From a virus, in the IMG/VR virus record IMGVR_UViG_3300017613_001142, positions 1 to 64,000 of that record: DNA of 64,000 nt. One strand, written 5' to 3'. Below are positions 1-8,475 of the stretch, in pieces. The notes under the pieces were generated by a model, which saw only the letters and a program-made list of their open reading frames with translations, had not been told where the DNA came from and did no database searches. The number at the start of each line of letters is the position of its first letter. Positions within the stretch are counted from its first letter, which is position 1. The position numbers and the translations under genes are program-made.

Positions 1-150
1 GCGTCACCATAAACCCGCGCGTCACCAGAAACCCGCGCGTCACCATAAACCAGTGCGTCACCATAAACCCATGCGTCACCATAAACCCGCGCGTCACCAG
101 AAACCCACGCGTCACCATAAACCCGCGCGTCACCATAAACCAGTGCGTTA
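1..150. repeat. 18-bp tandem repeat (gcgtcaccaKaaacccRc), about 8 copies, runs off window start
   Basis: Read directly. Copies start at 1,19,37,55,73,91,109,127. This is the coding periodicity of the hexapeptide repeats on the minus strand. Confidence 0.9.
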
Positions 151-299
151 TTGTAATGTGATATATTATGCTCTTTTTCTATATACCCGCCTTTGTCTCC
201 TGTACTTACGGTATCAAAATCTAATAATGCTTCAATGCGATATAATTTTACATCGCCAATCTCAATGCAATCATCTTCTAACAATTTGTATTTTTTCAT
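1..299 (-). CDS. hexapeptide-repeat (left-handed beta-helix-like) protein, C-terminus cut by window edge
   Basis: ATG at 299-297 with GGAG 8 nt upstream. Own translation MKKYKLLEDDCIEIGDVKLYRIEALLDF...ALVYGDARVYGDAWVSGDARVYGD stays open to position 1. Absent from ORF track because no stop lies in the window. Confidence 0.7.
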   Translation of the reverse strand, partial: MKKYKLLEDDCIEIGDVKLYRIEALLDFDTVSTGDKGGYIEKEHNISHYNNALVYGDARVYGDAWVSGDARVYGDAWVYGDALVYGDARVSGDARVYGD

Positions 300-312
300 T
301 TCAAAACTCCTT

Positions 313-489
313 TTAACATAGTTTATTACCTAGTCGGTTTAATTCTTTTTGCAATTCAGATTTAAACTGGCGCCCTATTTCATCCGCAAATAGCTTTAAG
401 GCAAATTCAATCCGTTTTTCATCTGGCATAGCTTGTTTTATAACCGGGATAAATTCCTTGACTTTGGCCTCAATATTATTCATCTTCAT
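313..489 (-). CDS. small hypothetical protein (58 aa)
   Basis: Own translation MKMNNIEAKVKEFIPVIKQAMPDEKRIEFALKLFADEIGRQFKSELQKELNRLGNKLC. It fills an otherwise empty gap, is below the ORF-track cutoff and has a weak RBS. Confidence 0.4.
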   Translation of the reverse strand: MKMNNIEAKVKEFIPVIKQAMPDEKRIEFALKLFADEIGRQFKSELQKELNRLGNKLC

Positions 490-664
490 CCAAAAGTGCT
501 TCCGCTAATTCAACCAAGTCAAGACAATCTTGCAAAAGCTCTTTAGCATAACGCTTTTCTGATTTGCCTAGGTTTTTAAGCGTATTTTGTTCATAAAGAT
601 ATTCAACACAATCTGACAAATCTCTTGAAGTGTTTTCAAATCTGCAATAACTCATATTAGCCAT
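476..664 (-). CDS. hypothetical small acidic phage protein (MSYCRFENT... N-terminus)
   Basis: ORF track. AGGAGTTTTAAA precedes the ATG. Confidence 0.7.
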   Translation of the reverse strand: MANMSYCRFENTSRDLSDCVEYLYEQNTLKNLGKSEKRYAKELLQDCLDLVELAEALLDEDE

Positions 665-714
665 TTTAAAACTCCTATTCAGGTTTATTATTTTGCGGTT
701 TCCCGCGATTCGTT

Positions 715-749
715 AATATAATACTTTCAAATCAAAACTAAAGTGTCAA
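715..749 (-). promoter_or_regulatory. promoter-like element: TTGACA (749-744) and TATATT (720-715), 23-nt spacer, followed by GCGG-GAAA-CCGC 5' hairpin
   Basis: Read on the reverse complement. The spacer is longer than the sigma70 optimum. Confidence 0.35.
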
Positions 750-762
750 CCCTTAAATTAAA

Positions 763-963
763 TTATCTTTTCAATGCTTCCATTATTTCTTTTTTAGTAA
801 CTTCCCCTTCTCTTTCAGCTTTACATAACGCTTTATAATAATAATTAAGTTCATCTTGCAACCATTCACATGTTTGACATCCAACTTCATAAGGATATTC
901 GTTTCTAGCGTCTAAAGCTTTTTTGTAATTTTCAATTTTTTCGTTTGTCATTTTTAACTCCAT
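763..963 (-). CDS. hypothetical protein (66 aa)
   Basis: ORF track. Sits downstream of a canonical promoter. Confidence 0.7.
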   Translation of the reverse strand: MELKMTNEKIENYKKALDARNEYPYEVGCQTCEWLQDELNYYYKALCKAEREGEVTKKEIMEALKR

Positions 964-1002
964 TAGTTTATTTTATTTAGTATCGCGTTCAACATGACTA
1001 CT

Positions 1003-1030
1003 ATTATATATGGATAGCGGAAAGTGTCAA
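1003..1030 (-). promoter_or_regulatory. sigma70-like promoter TTGACA-N16-TATAAT
   Basis: -35 at 1030-1025, -10 at 1008-1003. Followed by the conserved box AGTAGTCATGTTGAACGCGATACTAAAT, shared with the promoters at 38751 and 39155. Confidence 0.6.
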
Positions 1031-1050
1031 CCCTTAAATTAAAATAAAAC

Positions 1051-1077
1051 AAAAAAAAAGGAAGCCCGAAAGCTTCC
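1051..1077 (-). terminator. rho-independent terminator
   Basis: GGAAGC/GCTTCC stem (1060-1065 and 1072-1077) followed on the minus strand by a T9 run (1051-1059). Confidence 0.7.
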
Positions 1078-1086
1078 TTGTTGAAA

Positions 1087-1311
1087 TTATTTAGTTTTTG
1101 TCAGCGTTTTTAGTTTGTCATGCAAAAAATAACCGATCTCATAAGCCTCAAATTCATTAATCGGTTTGTCGCGCCATTTCCGCAATTCCGTTTCAAACTT
1201 CAATTTATTTTCCAAAAACGTTTTATTTTCGTTGCTGCCATCATCCGCTAAAAAAATAGCCCACTCGTTCAGCCAATGAGCCGCTAAACGCAACATTTCT
1301 TGAGTTTTCAT
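1087..1311 (-). CDS. hypothetical protein (74 aa)
   Basis: ORF track. Confidence 0.7.
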   Translation of the reverse strand: MKTQEMLRLAAHWLNEWAIFLADDGSNENKTFLENKLKFETELRKWRDKPINEFEAYEIGYFLHDKLKTLTKTK

Positions 1312-1322
1312 ATTTTCTCCTT

Positions 1323-2462
1323 TTACATTTCGTCATTAAAAACGCCGCTTAAAAATTCGTCTTCCTCAGCGGCTTCATCCTCTTCAATCATCGTTTTATC
1401 TTCTTCGGTTAACTGGTTTGAATCTTGTTCGTTAAATTGATCCATCCCGCGATCAATTGCATCCAAAGCCTTTCCGGCTATCCCGTTATTTTGCGGTTTT
1501 TCCTCTTCGATTGTCTGTGTTTCAGCTTCGGCTTTCACAAGTCCCGGTTTAATCGCGGCAAAACGCTTGCTTTCGCCTTTGATGATCGTTTTATAAATCA
1601 TCTGTTCCTCGTCTGTTATCCAAGGATTAGACGCTTTTTCAGGCGGTTTAACCCATTTGTCACGGCCTTGACCATAATATCCTGGGATTTTATAATCGCC
1701 GCTTTTATCGAATTTCTGAGCATTTTGAATTTTTCCGGCTTCACAATTTTCATAAAGTTGTTTCTCTTCTACATATGATTGCCACGTCGCTGAATGTTTA
1801 TCACGCACTCTATAGATACGTTCAATATCCCAATATTTAACTATTGGTTGCCGTCCGCTATTCGGGAATGGCTCAAATTTAATCCATACGCCGATCATAT
1901 CACCACGACCGCCTTTTACTGGACTTATGCTATGTTTAATAGTTCCGTCGCCGCTATCAATCGTTAAACTGTCATTTTCATAGACTAAATCATAACGCAC
2001 ATCTTGAAATAACGGGTTAGGCTCTGAGAGTAAAATTTTAAGATATGCTTCGGCGCGTGGTTGTAAGTCGGCTTTATACCAAGTGAAATGCCATTTGTTG
2101 TTTATCTTTTGCCGGTCTTGACCATACGGGATTATATAAGCGTCTTCGCCGGGCATAACACCTAGTTCAATCGCTCTTTGCATCGCACCAACTATTGAAG
2201 CTTTGCCTTTGTTGGTATCAAAACAAGGCGCAAGCTTTTCATCTGATGCTATAGCGGACGCGAGTCTAGTCAAATAACGTTCGCGGTCTGACATTCTGAG
2301 TGAGTCCGCCGCTATATTCCAAAGTTTATCCGTTCTATCTGATAACCATCCAGATAAATCTTTCTCTTTTTGTTTCAGTTCGGTAATATTAACAACATCA
2401 TCCAGCAATTCAGGATGTTTTTGTTTAAATATTTCTAATTTTTGTTGTGTTTGTTGGTTCAT
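1323..2462 (-). CDS. RecT-like single-strand annealing protein
   Basis: Segments KASIVGAMQRAIELGVMPGEDAYIIPYGQ, VYENDSLTID and GGRGDMIGVWIKF resemble RecT-family blocks. Acidic C-tail. A YqaJ-type exonuclease lies two genes downstream. Confidence 0.65.
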   Translation of the reverse strand: MNQQTQQKLEIFKQKHPELLDDVVNITELKQKEKDLSGWLSDRTDKLWNIAADSLRMSDRERYLTRLASAIASDEKLAPCFDTNKGKASIVGAMQRAIELGVMPGEDAYIIPYGQDRQKINNKWHFTWYKADLQPRAEAYLKILLSEPNPLFQDVRYDLVYENDSLTIDSGDGTIKHSISPVKGGRGDMIGVWIKFEPFPNSGRQPIVKYWDIERIYRVRDKHSATWQSYVEEKQLYENCEAGKIQNAQKFDKSGDYKIPGYYGQGRDKWVKPPEKASNPWITDEEQMIYKTIIKGESKRFAAIKPGLVKAEAETQTIEEEKPQNNGIAGKALDAIDRGMDQFNEQDSNQLTEEDKTMIEEDEAAEEDEFLSGVFNDEM

Positions 2463-2463
2463 A

Positions 2464-2805
2464 TTATGCCTTGGTGTTGTCGTGCCATTGTTCTCCTCGA
2501 TTTATCGCATATTCAAACAATTTCAAAGCGTCATCGAGGTATAATGCTAGAATAAAATCCGGCGTATTGCTATTATTTTCGCGCGAATATCTGTTGATTA
2601 AACTCGCAAGTTCTTTTTTAAAAGTTGTTTCTTTAGTGATCTCTTTAAAATATTCCGGGTAATTTTCAATAAATTTTCTCGGCAAATACTTTTCATCTAA
2701 AAAAGGCGGACCATTCCCTTTATAATAATATTCTCCAAATTTTTCAATGATATCACCTCTATCAAAATCCCTAAATAAATTAGTTATTACTCGATACTTT
2801 TTCAT
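2464..2805 (-). CDS. hypothetical protein (113 aa)
   Basis: ORF track. Lies between the annealase and the exonuclease. Confidence 0.7.
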   Translation of the reverse strand: MKKYRVITNLFRDFDRGDIIEKFGEYYYKGNGPPFLDEKYLPRKFIENYPEYFKEITKETTFKKELASLINRYSRENNSNTPDFILALYLDDALKLFEYAINRGEQWHDNTKA

Positions 2806-3896
2806 AATATATACCGTTTCGGTTTCTTTTCAGGAATCAAGCCATCACCTTGTAAAATTGCGAAAGCGTCCGGCGCGTTATCAGCTATGCGTTGAATTCC
2901 GATATTGCTCCACATCGGTTTCGTAATAACCTGAGTAGCAAGTTTATTTCCTGTCGTGTTTTGTAAATATCGTTTGTCGCCCATAATCACAGCCAAAGCG
3001 GATTTAATGTCCTCAACACGATCTTTAGCCTCTTTTTCAACCTCTTTCCAGCGTTTTTTTTCATTAAAAAGTTGTTCCGCTTCTTCCGCTTCTTTGCCGC
3101 CAACTATCAAGACATCATCTCGAACGTTGTCATAAATCCCTTTGATGTCATCAAAATTTTGCGGCGCGGGCGGTTTGTCAGCTTTCACAAGATTAAGAAA
3201 TTTGTCAGCGGCTTCAATTAATTTCTGTTGTATATCAATATTGGACTTAAAAACATATTGTGATTCAAAAACAGAGTCAATCAAAGCCCTGACAATAATA
3301 TTATCAATTCCGCAAACTAACGCTTGCCATTGACATTGAAGATAAACACGGAGTGGAAGACCATTCTCGGTAGGATCATCAAGGTCATAGCCGTCTTCCT
3401 GTCTACTAGATCGAAGGTTAGCAAACCGACTGCCAAGTTTAGCTTTAATTATTAATTCATCATTCAATCTAACACAATCAGGACTTGCTGTAAAGCGTTT
3501 ATCATCAGAGAATATAGAAAAACTAAACGGAATAAAATCAGTTGCTGGTTTCCAGTCTTGCGGCCTGTGGTCTTCATGCTGATAATAATCAACTTTGAAT
3601 TTATGCGCGGTTTCTTTATCGGTTAACTCTTCGATTTGACGGCTCAGAATTATCCCCTCGATAGCGTGACCAAGCGCGGCGAGAGCTGATTTTTTTTTAT
3701 CTTCTGGCTCGTCGATAATTATGGCGCGCCCGGTCATTTCCTTCCATAAATCATACGCCGTTTTATATTGTTTGACCAAGCCAAATAAAACCGGGATATC
3801 TGAACTTCCTATAGTTTTTGAACGGCGTTTATGGGAATCTGAACGATTGCGGATTATATGGAGTTTATTCATTAGGGTTAGATACGTGTTGAGCAA
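2802..3896 (-). CDS. YqaJ-like (PD-(D/E)xK) recombination exonuclease
   Basis: N-terminal IGSSDIPVLFGLVKQYKTAYDLWKEMTGR matches the YqaJ viral recombinase signature. Partner of the RecT-like gene. Confidence 0.7.
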   Translation of the reverse strand: MLNTYLTLMNKLHIIRNRSDSHKRRSKTIGSSDIPVLFGLVKQYKTAYDLWKEMTGRAIIIDEPEDKKKSALAALGHAIEGIILSRQIEELTDKETAHKFKVDYYQHEDHRPQDWKPATDFIPFSFSIFSDDKRFTASPDCVRLNDELIIKAKLGSRFANLRSSRQEDGYDLDDPTENGLPLRVYLQCQWQALVCGIDNIIVRALIDSVFESQYVFKSNIDIQQKLIEAADKFLNLVKADKPPAPQNFDDIKGIYDNVRDDVLIVGGKEAEEAEQLFNEKKRWKEVEKEAKDRVEDIKSALAVIMGDKRYLQNTTGNKLATQVITKPMWSNIGIQRIADNAPDAFAILQGDGLIPEKKPKRYIL

Positions 3897-4083
3897 TTGA
3901 TTCTTGATTAGTCATTAAAGGCGCGTAATTACTGCATGCACATATATTATCATCGCCTTTACCATCTCCAAAAATCAAATTATCATATTTACACTCAGGG
4001 TATTTCCATGTGCAACTATCACATAAATTTACTTTGTTGCTTAATCCAATTTCTTGAACGGTTCTACTTTGTTTTTTCTTCAT
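3865..4083 (-). CDS. hypothetical Cys-rich protein (72 aa)
   Basis: ORF track. The start may be internal, because this ORF overlaps the 2802..3896 gene (its start codon at 3896) by 32 nt. Confidence 0.55.
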   Translation of the reverse strand: MKKKQSRTVQEIGLSNKVNLCDSCTWKYPECKYDNLIFGDGKGDDNICACSNYAPLMTNQESIAQHVSNPNE

Positions 4084-4265
4084 TTCTTTTTACCACCAAA
4101 AAAATCGTTAAAAATGTCTCCAAAATCACCTTCAAATGTTGGCTTTTTCTTTTCTCCTTGCACCCACATCATACAAGTATTACCCGCCGGGCGTGTTGAT
4201 CTAATAAAACACCAACAACCCGACAACGCTGTTTCTTTATGCCCGCATGTTTCGCATTTATTCAT
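4080..4265 (-). CDS. hypothetical small Cys-rich protein (61 aa)
   Basis: ORF track. CETCGH...CWC motif. Confidence 0.55.
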   Translation of the reverse strand: MNKCETCGHKETALSGCWCFIRSTRPAGNTCMMWVQGEKKKPTFEGDFGDIFNDFFGGKKK

Positions 4266-4659
4266 TTTCTAACACCTCAAAAAATTTATCTCGGACTTTG
4301 TCTAAAAGCGTTATTTGCTCATCAGATAATTTGTGAATAAGTTCATCTAGCAAACCGTCAAACACTTCGATTTCCCGACTAGTCAATCTAATATTTAACG
4401 GCTCGCTATGATCCAACTCTAACACAATATCCGGTTGTGGTAAAGGAATATTTTCTCTGTCTATCCAATGCGTGACTTCTGGTATCCACTCCTCGACGGT
4501 CGAGACATTTGAAAAGCAACACCTGATTTTAGTTTCATAGAAACGCTCATAATCTGGTTTCCAAAGCAGTTCCCCTAAATACTCTTCGGTTTTAGCGTCG
4601 CAACATGGATAATAAGCAAATTCTGTTGGTTTTTGTTTGTGTATATCTTGCCAGTTCAT
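4258..4659 (-). CDS. hypothetical protein (133 aa)
   Basis: ORF track. Confidence 0.7.
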   Translation of the reverse strand: MNWQDIHKQKPTEFAYYPCCDAKTEEYLGELLWKPDYERFYETKIRCCFSNVSTVEEWIPEVTHWIDRENIPLPQPDIVLELDHSEPLNIRLTSREIEVFDGLLDELIHKLSDEQITLLDKVRDKFFEVLENE

Positions 4660-4660
4660 A

Positions 4661-5071
4661 TTATTTTATAAGTTGCGCGGCGTATTCGATTAAGTAGATT
4701 TTAGGAGCTAACCAGATTTGGAGCCATACTAAATCGTTTGCAGTGCTCACTGGAATCAAACCAAATAACAACCATAACGCGCCAATGATTAATTTTATTC
4801 CAGGCGCGCGCGGCTCCGTCCTCTGAAAATTCCTTGTCCCTTCCTTAAAATTGCCAAAAACCAACATTGCTGGAATTATAAAAGCGAATAACCAAAGCAA
4901 AATGTTGCCAACCAAACTTTCCCACATTTTCCACAAAAGCAACTGCTCGATAACATCCGGCAATTCCGCGCTTAAAAAATCAATTCCTTTTTCAATCCCG
5001 GATGTTGCTTTAGTTAAAATTTCAGCCAAAGCTTGTTTTAATGGATCAACTACAACTTGTTCTTTAGTCAT
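4661..5071 (-). CDS. membrane protein (multiple hydrophobic helices)
   Basis: Hydrophobic stretches ILLWLFAFIIPAMLVFGNF and LIIGALWLLFGLIPV. Confidence 0.7.
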   Translation of the reverse strand: MTKEQVVVDPLKQALAEILTKATSGIEKGIDFLSAELPDVIEQLLLWKMWESLVGNILLWLFAFIIPAMLVFGNFKEGTRNFQRTEPRAPGIKLIIGALWLLFGLIPVSTANDLVWLQIWLAPKIYLIEYAAQLIK

Positions 5072-5083
5072 CTTTATTCTCCG

Positions 5084-5263
5084 TTAAATTTTTTCTCTAT
5101 TTTCCCCATCAACCTCAACATTATACAATTTATGTTTTGGTTCTCCTTTTTTATCATGTGGATGCATAAAATATTTATCTTCGGATTCGCTATAGGCTAA
5201 ATAACCTATAATCCATTGGCCGTTGTCAACACGCCGGGCTTTATATCTATCTTGTTTCTGCAT
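5084..5263 (-). CDS. hypothetical protein (59 aa)
   Basis: Start moved to ATG 5263 (MQKQDRYKARRVDNGQWIIGYL), immediately after the stop of the 5265..5753 gene. Confidence 0.55.
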   Translation of the reverse strand: MQKQDRYKARRVDNGQWIIGYLAYSESEDKYFMHPHDKKGEPKHKLYNVEVDGENREKI

Positions 5264-5264
5264 A

Positions 5265-5753
5265 TTAAAAATTCCCCGGCGCGACTTGACAGCAAACCAA
5301 GCCCATTTTTCGCCACATGTCGACAACTTTTTGGCGGTCATCGAAAATTATAAAATCATCCAGTGTTATTTTTGACTTCAAATCTTCTTGTATATCCAAT
5401 AGAAGACTTTCAAACATTTCGCTTTTTACTTTTCTGTCATCTCTGTAATCGACTTCCTCACGCATCCATAATCCATAATAACCAGTTCTTACGCCATTGT
5501 TATTATTAAAAATATGTTTATCTATCCATTCTTGCGTTGTTATTTCTATTTCTTCAGAGCGATCACTTAAAATTGCGACAATATTTTGCGCTGATAATCG
5601 TAAATCATGAAAAAGCTCTATAATTAATTTATTAGGCTTATCGTATCCACAAGCCGCGTTAAAAGCTTTCCAGTTTTTCGGGTTCTCTTCAAGAAAATGT
5701 TGCCTATGCTCATTCAAAGCCAGCGTCCCGTCTAAACTAAATATTGCTATCAT
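5265..5753 (-). CDS. HAD-superfamily phosphatase-like protein with non-canonical motif I
   Basis: MIAIFSLDGTLA resembles HAD motif I (DxDGT) but has Ser (AGT) at the nucleophile position. C-terminal IIFDDRQKVVDMW resembles HAD motif IV. Confidence 0.6.
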   Translation of the reverse strand: MIAIFSLDGTLALNEHRQHFLEENPKNWKAFNAACGYDKPNKLIIELFHDLRLSAQNIVAILSDRSEEIEITTQEWIDKHIFNNNNGVRTGYYGLWMREEVDYRDDRKVKSEMFESLLLDIQEDLKSKITLDDFIIFDDRQKVVDMWRKMGLVCCQVAPGNF

Positions 5754-5977
5754 TTAACCCTCCACACTCGAATTCCATCTTTGACACTTTTAGTCTGAAT
5801 TTTCATAATATCCCGATAGTTATAAGCCGCGCTCAATGCGTTTCTCATAACCCTAATACGCTCATCAGTAGCACCTTGATCCACTTCAATCACAAAAGAA
5901 TCCCCGACTTTCATGTCTTTAAAGTGATACTTTCGATGTGGTCTCGAAACCGGCGGTTTTATATTTTTGTCGAACAC
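5750..5977 (-). CDS. hypothetical protein (75 aa), GTG start
   Basis: ORF track. AAGGGA lies 4 nt upstream of the GTG. Confidence 0.55.
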   Translation of the reverse strand: MFDKNIKPPVSRPHRKYHFKDMKVGDSFVIEVDQGATDERIRVMRNALSAAYNYRDIMKIQTKSVKDGIRVWRVK

Positions 5978-6213
5978 TATATCCCTTTAAAATATTTAGA
6001 CTTTTCAAACTTTTCACAAATATAATCACGGTTTTTTGTTGACGCCGACTGACCTTGCGGAGAAAATTTTGTAATCCCGCATATTTTTTGTTTATTCGAT
6101 GGGTCTACCTCTCGTTCATTTATTCCGGCGCATATAAAACAATTGTCATCGCCTTGCTTCATTTTGATGACGCGAAAATTAACAGCATTTTTTTTATCTT
6201 GGAATGCTTCCAT
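5977..6213 (-). CDS. hypothetical protein (78 aa)
   Basis: Start moved to ATG 6213 (MEAFQDKK), just after the upstream stop at 6215. Confidence 0.6.
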   Translation of the reverse strand: MEAFQDKKNAVNFRVIKMKQGDDNCFICAGINEREVDPSNKQKICGITKFSPQGQSASTKNRDYICEKFEKSKYFKGI

Positions 6214-6214
6214 T

Positions 6215-6424
6215 TTACAACCTCTCAATTACATTAAATTTATCACCCAAAACACCACCTTTCGGCCAGCTTCCCGGCTTTTCAACTACTAATGCGAATT
6301 GTTCTCCCGCGCTCCACAATAAACCGTCCGCGCTAGGTTCGATAACCTCGCAAAGTATTAAATTGTTTTTCGGAAGATCAGCTATCTTTTTGACTATCAT
6401 CCCGTTTGCTAGTTTGTATTTCAT
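6215..6424 (-). CDS. hypothetical protein (69 aa)
   Basis: ORF track. ATGA overlap with the upstream gene. Confidence 0.65.
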   Translation of the reverse strand: MKYKLANGMIVKKIADLPKNNLILCEVIEPSADGLLWSAGEQFALVVEKPGSWPKGGVLGDKFNVIERL

Positions 6425-6705
6425 TGAATAACGCCCGGTTCAAAATTGTTTTTCTCGCCAACCGGCTCATATAAATCAAAACCAACAAAATATATTGGCA
6501 TAATAATTGTTTCACAAAGAATTGCTGACCAAATTACATTACCGACTATTAATTCATATTGAATGTTTGGATTCATTTTCGATTCTTTATTTAATAAGCC
6601 ATAAGTGCCATATTTCTTGCCGTTAATAATCTTTGAATTACCACATCCGATCAACAAAAAACATGTTACGAATAATATTATGCATAAAAAATAATTTGTT
6701 CCCAT
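6421..6705 (-). CDS. putative lipoprotein
   Basis: MGTNYFLCIILFVTCFLLIGCGNSK: signal peptide plus lipobox LIGC. Confidence 0.7.
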   Translation of the reverse strand: MGTNYFLCIILFVTCFLLIGCGNSKIINGKKYGTYGLLNKESKMNPNIQYELIVGNVIWSAILCETIIMPIYFVGFDLYEPVGEKNNFEPGVIQ

Positions 6706-6715
6706 TTTTTAACTC

Positions 6716-7600
6716 CTAATCAATTTTAATTCCTGAAATTTCTTCAAAAACTTTGGCGTCAAAATTAGGCAAAGCTTTTAATAACTCGATATCTTCCGAA
6801 GTCGCTTTTCCATACGCAAGTCGCCATGCTTCTTTATATTCTAATGACTTCAAATAACCGCCACCGCAAGTTTCGGTGTTTGGATAGTTTTTCTTTTCAT
6901 TATCCGACATATTATCAAAATCAATCCATATCGTTAAATCAAAATAAATAAAACTTGGTTTCGATGCATCTTCCCATTCTGAGCGCAAGCATTTTTTATT
7001 AAAAACATTAATATATTCAGATTGTTCAGAATTAAAAAACCCCGTTTCATTGTTCGTTTTATTCCAATGGCCGCTATTACTGTCGCCGCTATTACTGTCG
7101 CCGCTATTACTGTCGCCGCTATTCCTGTATCCGCTATTCCAGTCGCCGCTATTCCTGTGGCCGCTATTCCAGACGCCGCTATTCCAGACGCCGCTATTCC
7201 TGTGGCCGCTATTACTGTCGCCGCTATTACTGTCGCCGCTATTACTGTCGCCGCTATTCCTGTATCCGCTATTACTGTCGCCGCTATTCCTGTATCCGGT
7301 GTTATGTTTGCCGGAATTGACTAATATTAAAACTTCATGCCAACCCAACTCTTTTACAATTTTAAGCGTTTCTGTTACGCTTTTATCATTACCTTTCTTA
7401 ATTTTACCGCTCGCATAAATTTCAGCGACTTTATTTTGTGGATCAAATGAATAATAATTAAAACAATCAGCCAAACTCTCACAAAAATGAAACCCCGCGT
7501 CACATAATCCAATTTCACCGTCATGCCTATATGTTTTACCAACTTCATATTGAAAACCAAGACATTTCCAATCAGAACCAAAAACTTTATATCCTTTCAT
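6716..7600 (-). CDS. pentapeptide-type repeat protein (xNSGx units) with globular N- and C-domains
   Basis: Start set at ATG 7600 (MKGYKVFGSDWKCLGFQYEVGKTY) with GGAG upstream. About 20 tandem units NSGDS/NSGYR/NSGVW/NSGHR. Confidence 0.8.
   Translation of the reverse strand: MKGYKVFGSDWKCLGFQYEVGKTYRHDGEIGLCDAGFHFCESLADCFNYYSFDPQNKVAEIYASGKIKKGNDKSVTETLKIVKELGWHEVLILVNSGKHNTGYRNSGDSNSGYRNSGDSNSGDSNSGDSNSGHRNSGVWNSGVWNSGHRNSGDWNSGYRNSGDSNSGDSNSGDSNSGHWNKTNNETGFFNSEQSEYINVFNKKCLRSEWEDASKPSFIYFDLTIWIDFDNMSDNEKKNYPNTETCGGGYLKSLEYKEAWRLAYGKATSEDIELLKALPNFDAKVFEEISGIKID
7070..7297. repeat. 15-bp periodic tandem repeat (gccgctattVctgtM)
   Basis: Read directly. This is the DNA image of the pentapeptide repeats. 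Confidence 0.9.
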
Positions 7601-7672
7601 TCTCAAACTCCTATAAAAAATTATCACATAAAACAAAATATAATTCCAGAATATGTCATTAATTTAAAATTG

Positions 7673-8410
7673 TCAACTGTTAATTTTCGGCAATTCAAAA
7701 TAAAAAGCATTCTCATCTTCGCCCGCTCCGCCTCGCTTTAATTCCATGCGCTCGCTTATTTCCGGCCAACCAAATTTATCAATCATCATTTTAGACCGCA
7801 AATATAAACGAGACTGAGTTTTATGTGAAAATTTTTTGACAAGCAACCCATTTATATTTTGTGGATCATTTTTTTTAATGACGACAATTCTAGTTTCTGG
7901 ATTATAAAATAACCTCACAATATCATGTTGTTGCAATCCCATTATCTTTTCAGCAATCTTGTTGAAATTTAATCGGGTTGGCTGTCCTAATTTAACAAAT
8001 GGAATTTTTGATTTTTTAGGATGTGTACAACAATATATATTTTTATCAATTAAAGAACATTCAAACCCATTATCAGTAAACGTATTTACTGTATAACTTT
8101 TCTTTATATCGCCATCAATATTAAAATGATCAAAAAAGCTTCTTGCATATATATAACAACCATGCTTGGCATGGTTGCTTTGTTTTCTAATTTTAAAACC
8201 GATACGTTTGTCTGTGGTTTTTTCAATATATATCGTTTTTATTTCTTCGTCATAACTCAAAGACACATAATTATCAAATGCCAGTTTTGACCTCTTAGAT
8301 AACTGACTATTAAAATTGATCTTACGACCTTCTATCCTGAGATATGGTTGATTGGTATTATCCAATAATTTCGACTTTTTGTTCTCATTTGGATTAAAAA
8401 GTTTCTTCAT
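7673..8410 (-). CDS. hypothetical protein (245 aa)
   Basis: ORF track. Two internally similar halves (RKINFNSQLSKR / TRLNFNKIAEKI). No secure family call. Confidence 0.7.
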   Translation of the reverse strand: MKKLFNPNENKKSKLLDNTNQPYLRIEGRKINFNSQLSKRSKLAFDNYVSLSYDEEIKTIYIEKTTDKRIGFKIRKQSNHAKHGCYIYARSFFDHFNIDGDIKKSYTVNTFTDNGFECSLIDKNIYCCTHPKKSKIPFVKLGQPTRLNFNKIAEKIMGLQQHDIVRLFYNPETRIVVIKKNDPQNINGLLVKKFSHKTQSRLYLRSKMMIDKFGWPEISERMELKRGGAGEDENAFYFELPKINS

Positions 8411-8475
8411 ATTTTTCTCTCATATTAAAAGTTGATTTTGTGCTATTAAACTAAAATTAATCACCTATCATATTT

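Noticed and set aside
1-150. Possible CRISPR array (regular 18-bp repeats); the same question applies to 7070-7297
   Set aside because: The repeats are directly tandem with no spacers and are in frame with repeat proteins, so they are coding periodicity and not CRISPR.
53-316. Plus-strand ORF encoding MRHHKPMRHHKP... repeats
   Set aside because: It is the antisense reading of the 18-bp coding repeat of the minus-strand hexapeptide-repeat gene. It has no RBS, and a well-supported minus-strand gene occupies the region.
7022-7418. Plus-strand ORFs 7022..7324 and 7050..7418 (AAITVAAITV / PLLLSPLLLS)
   Set aside because: These are antisense low-complexity readings of the pentapeptide-repeat gene.
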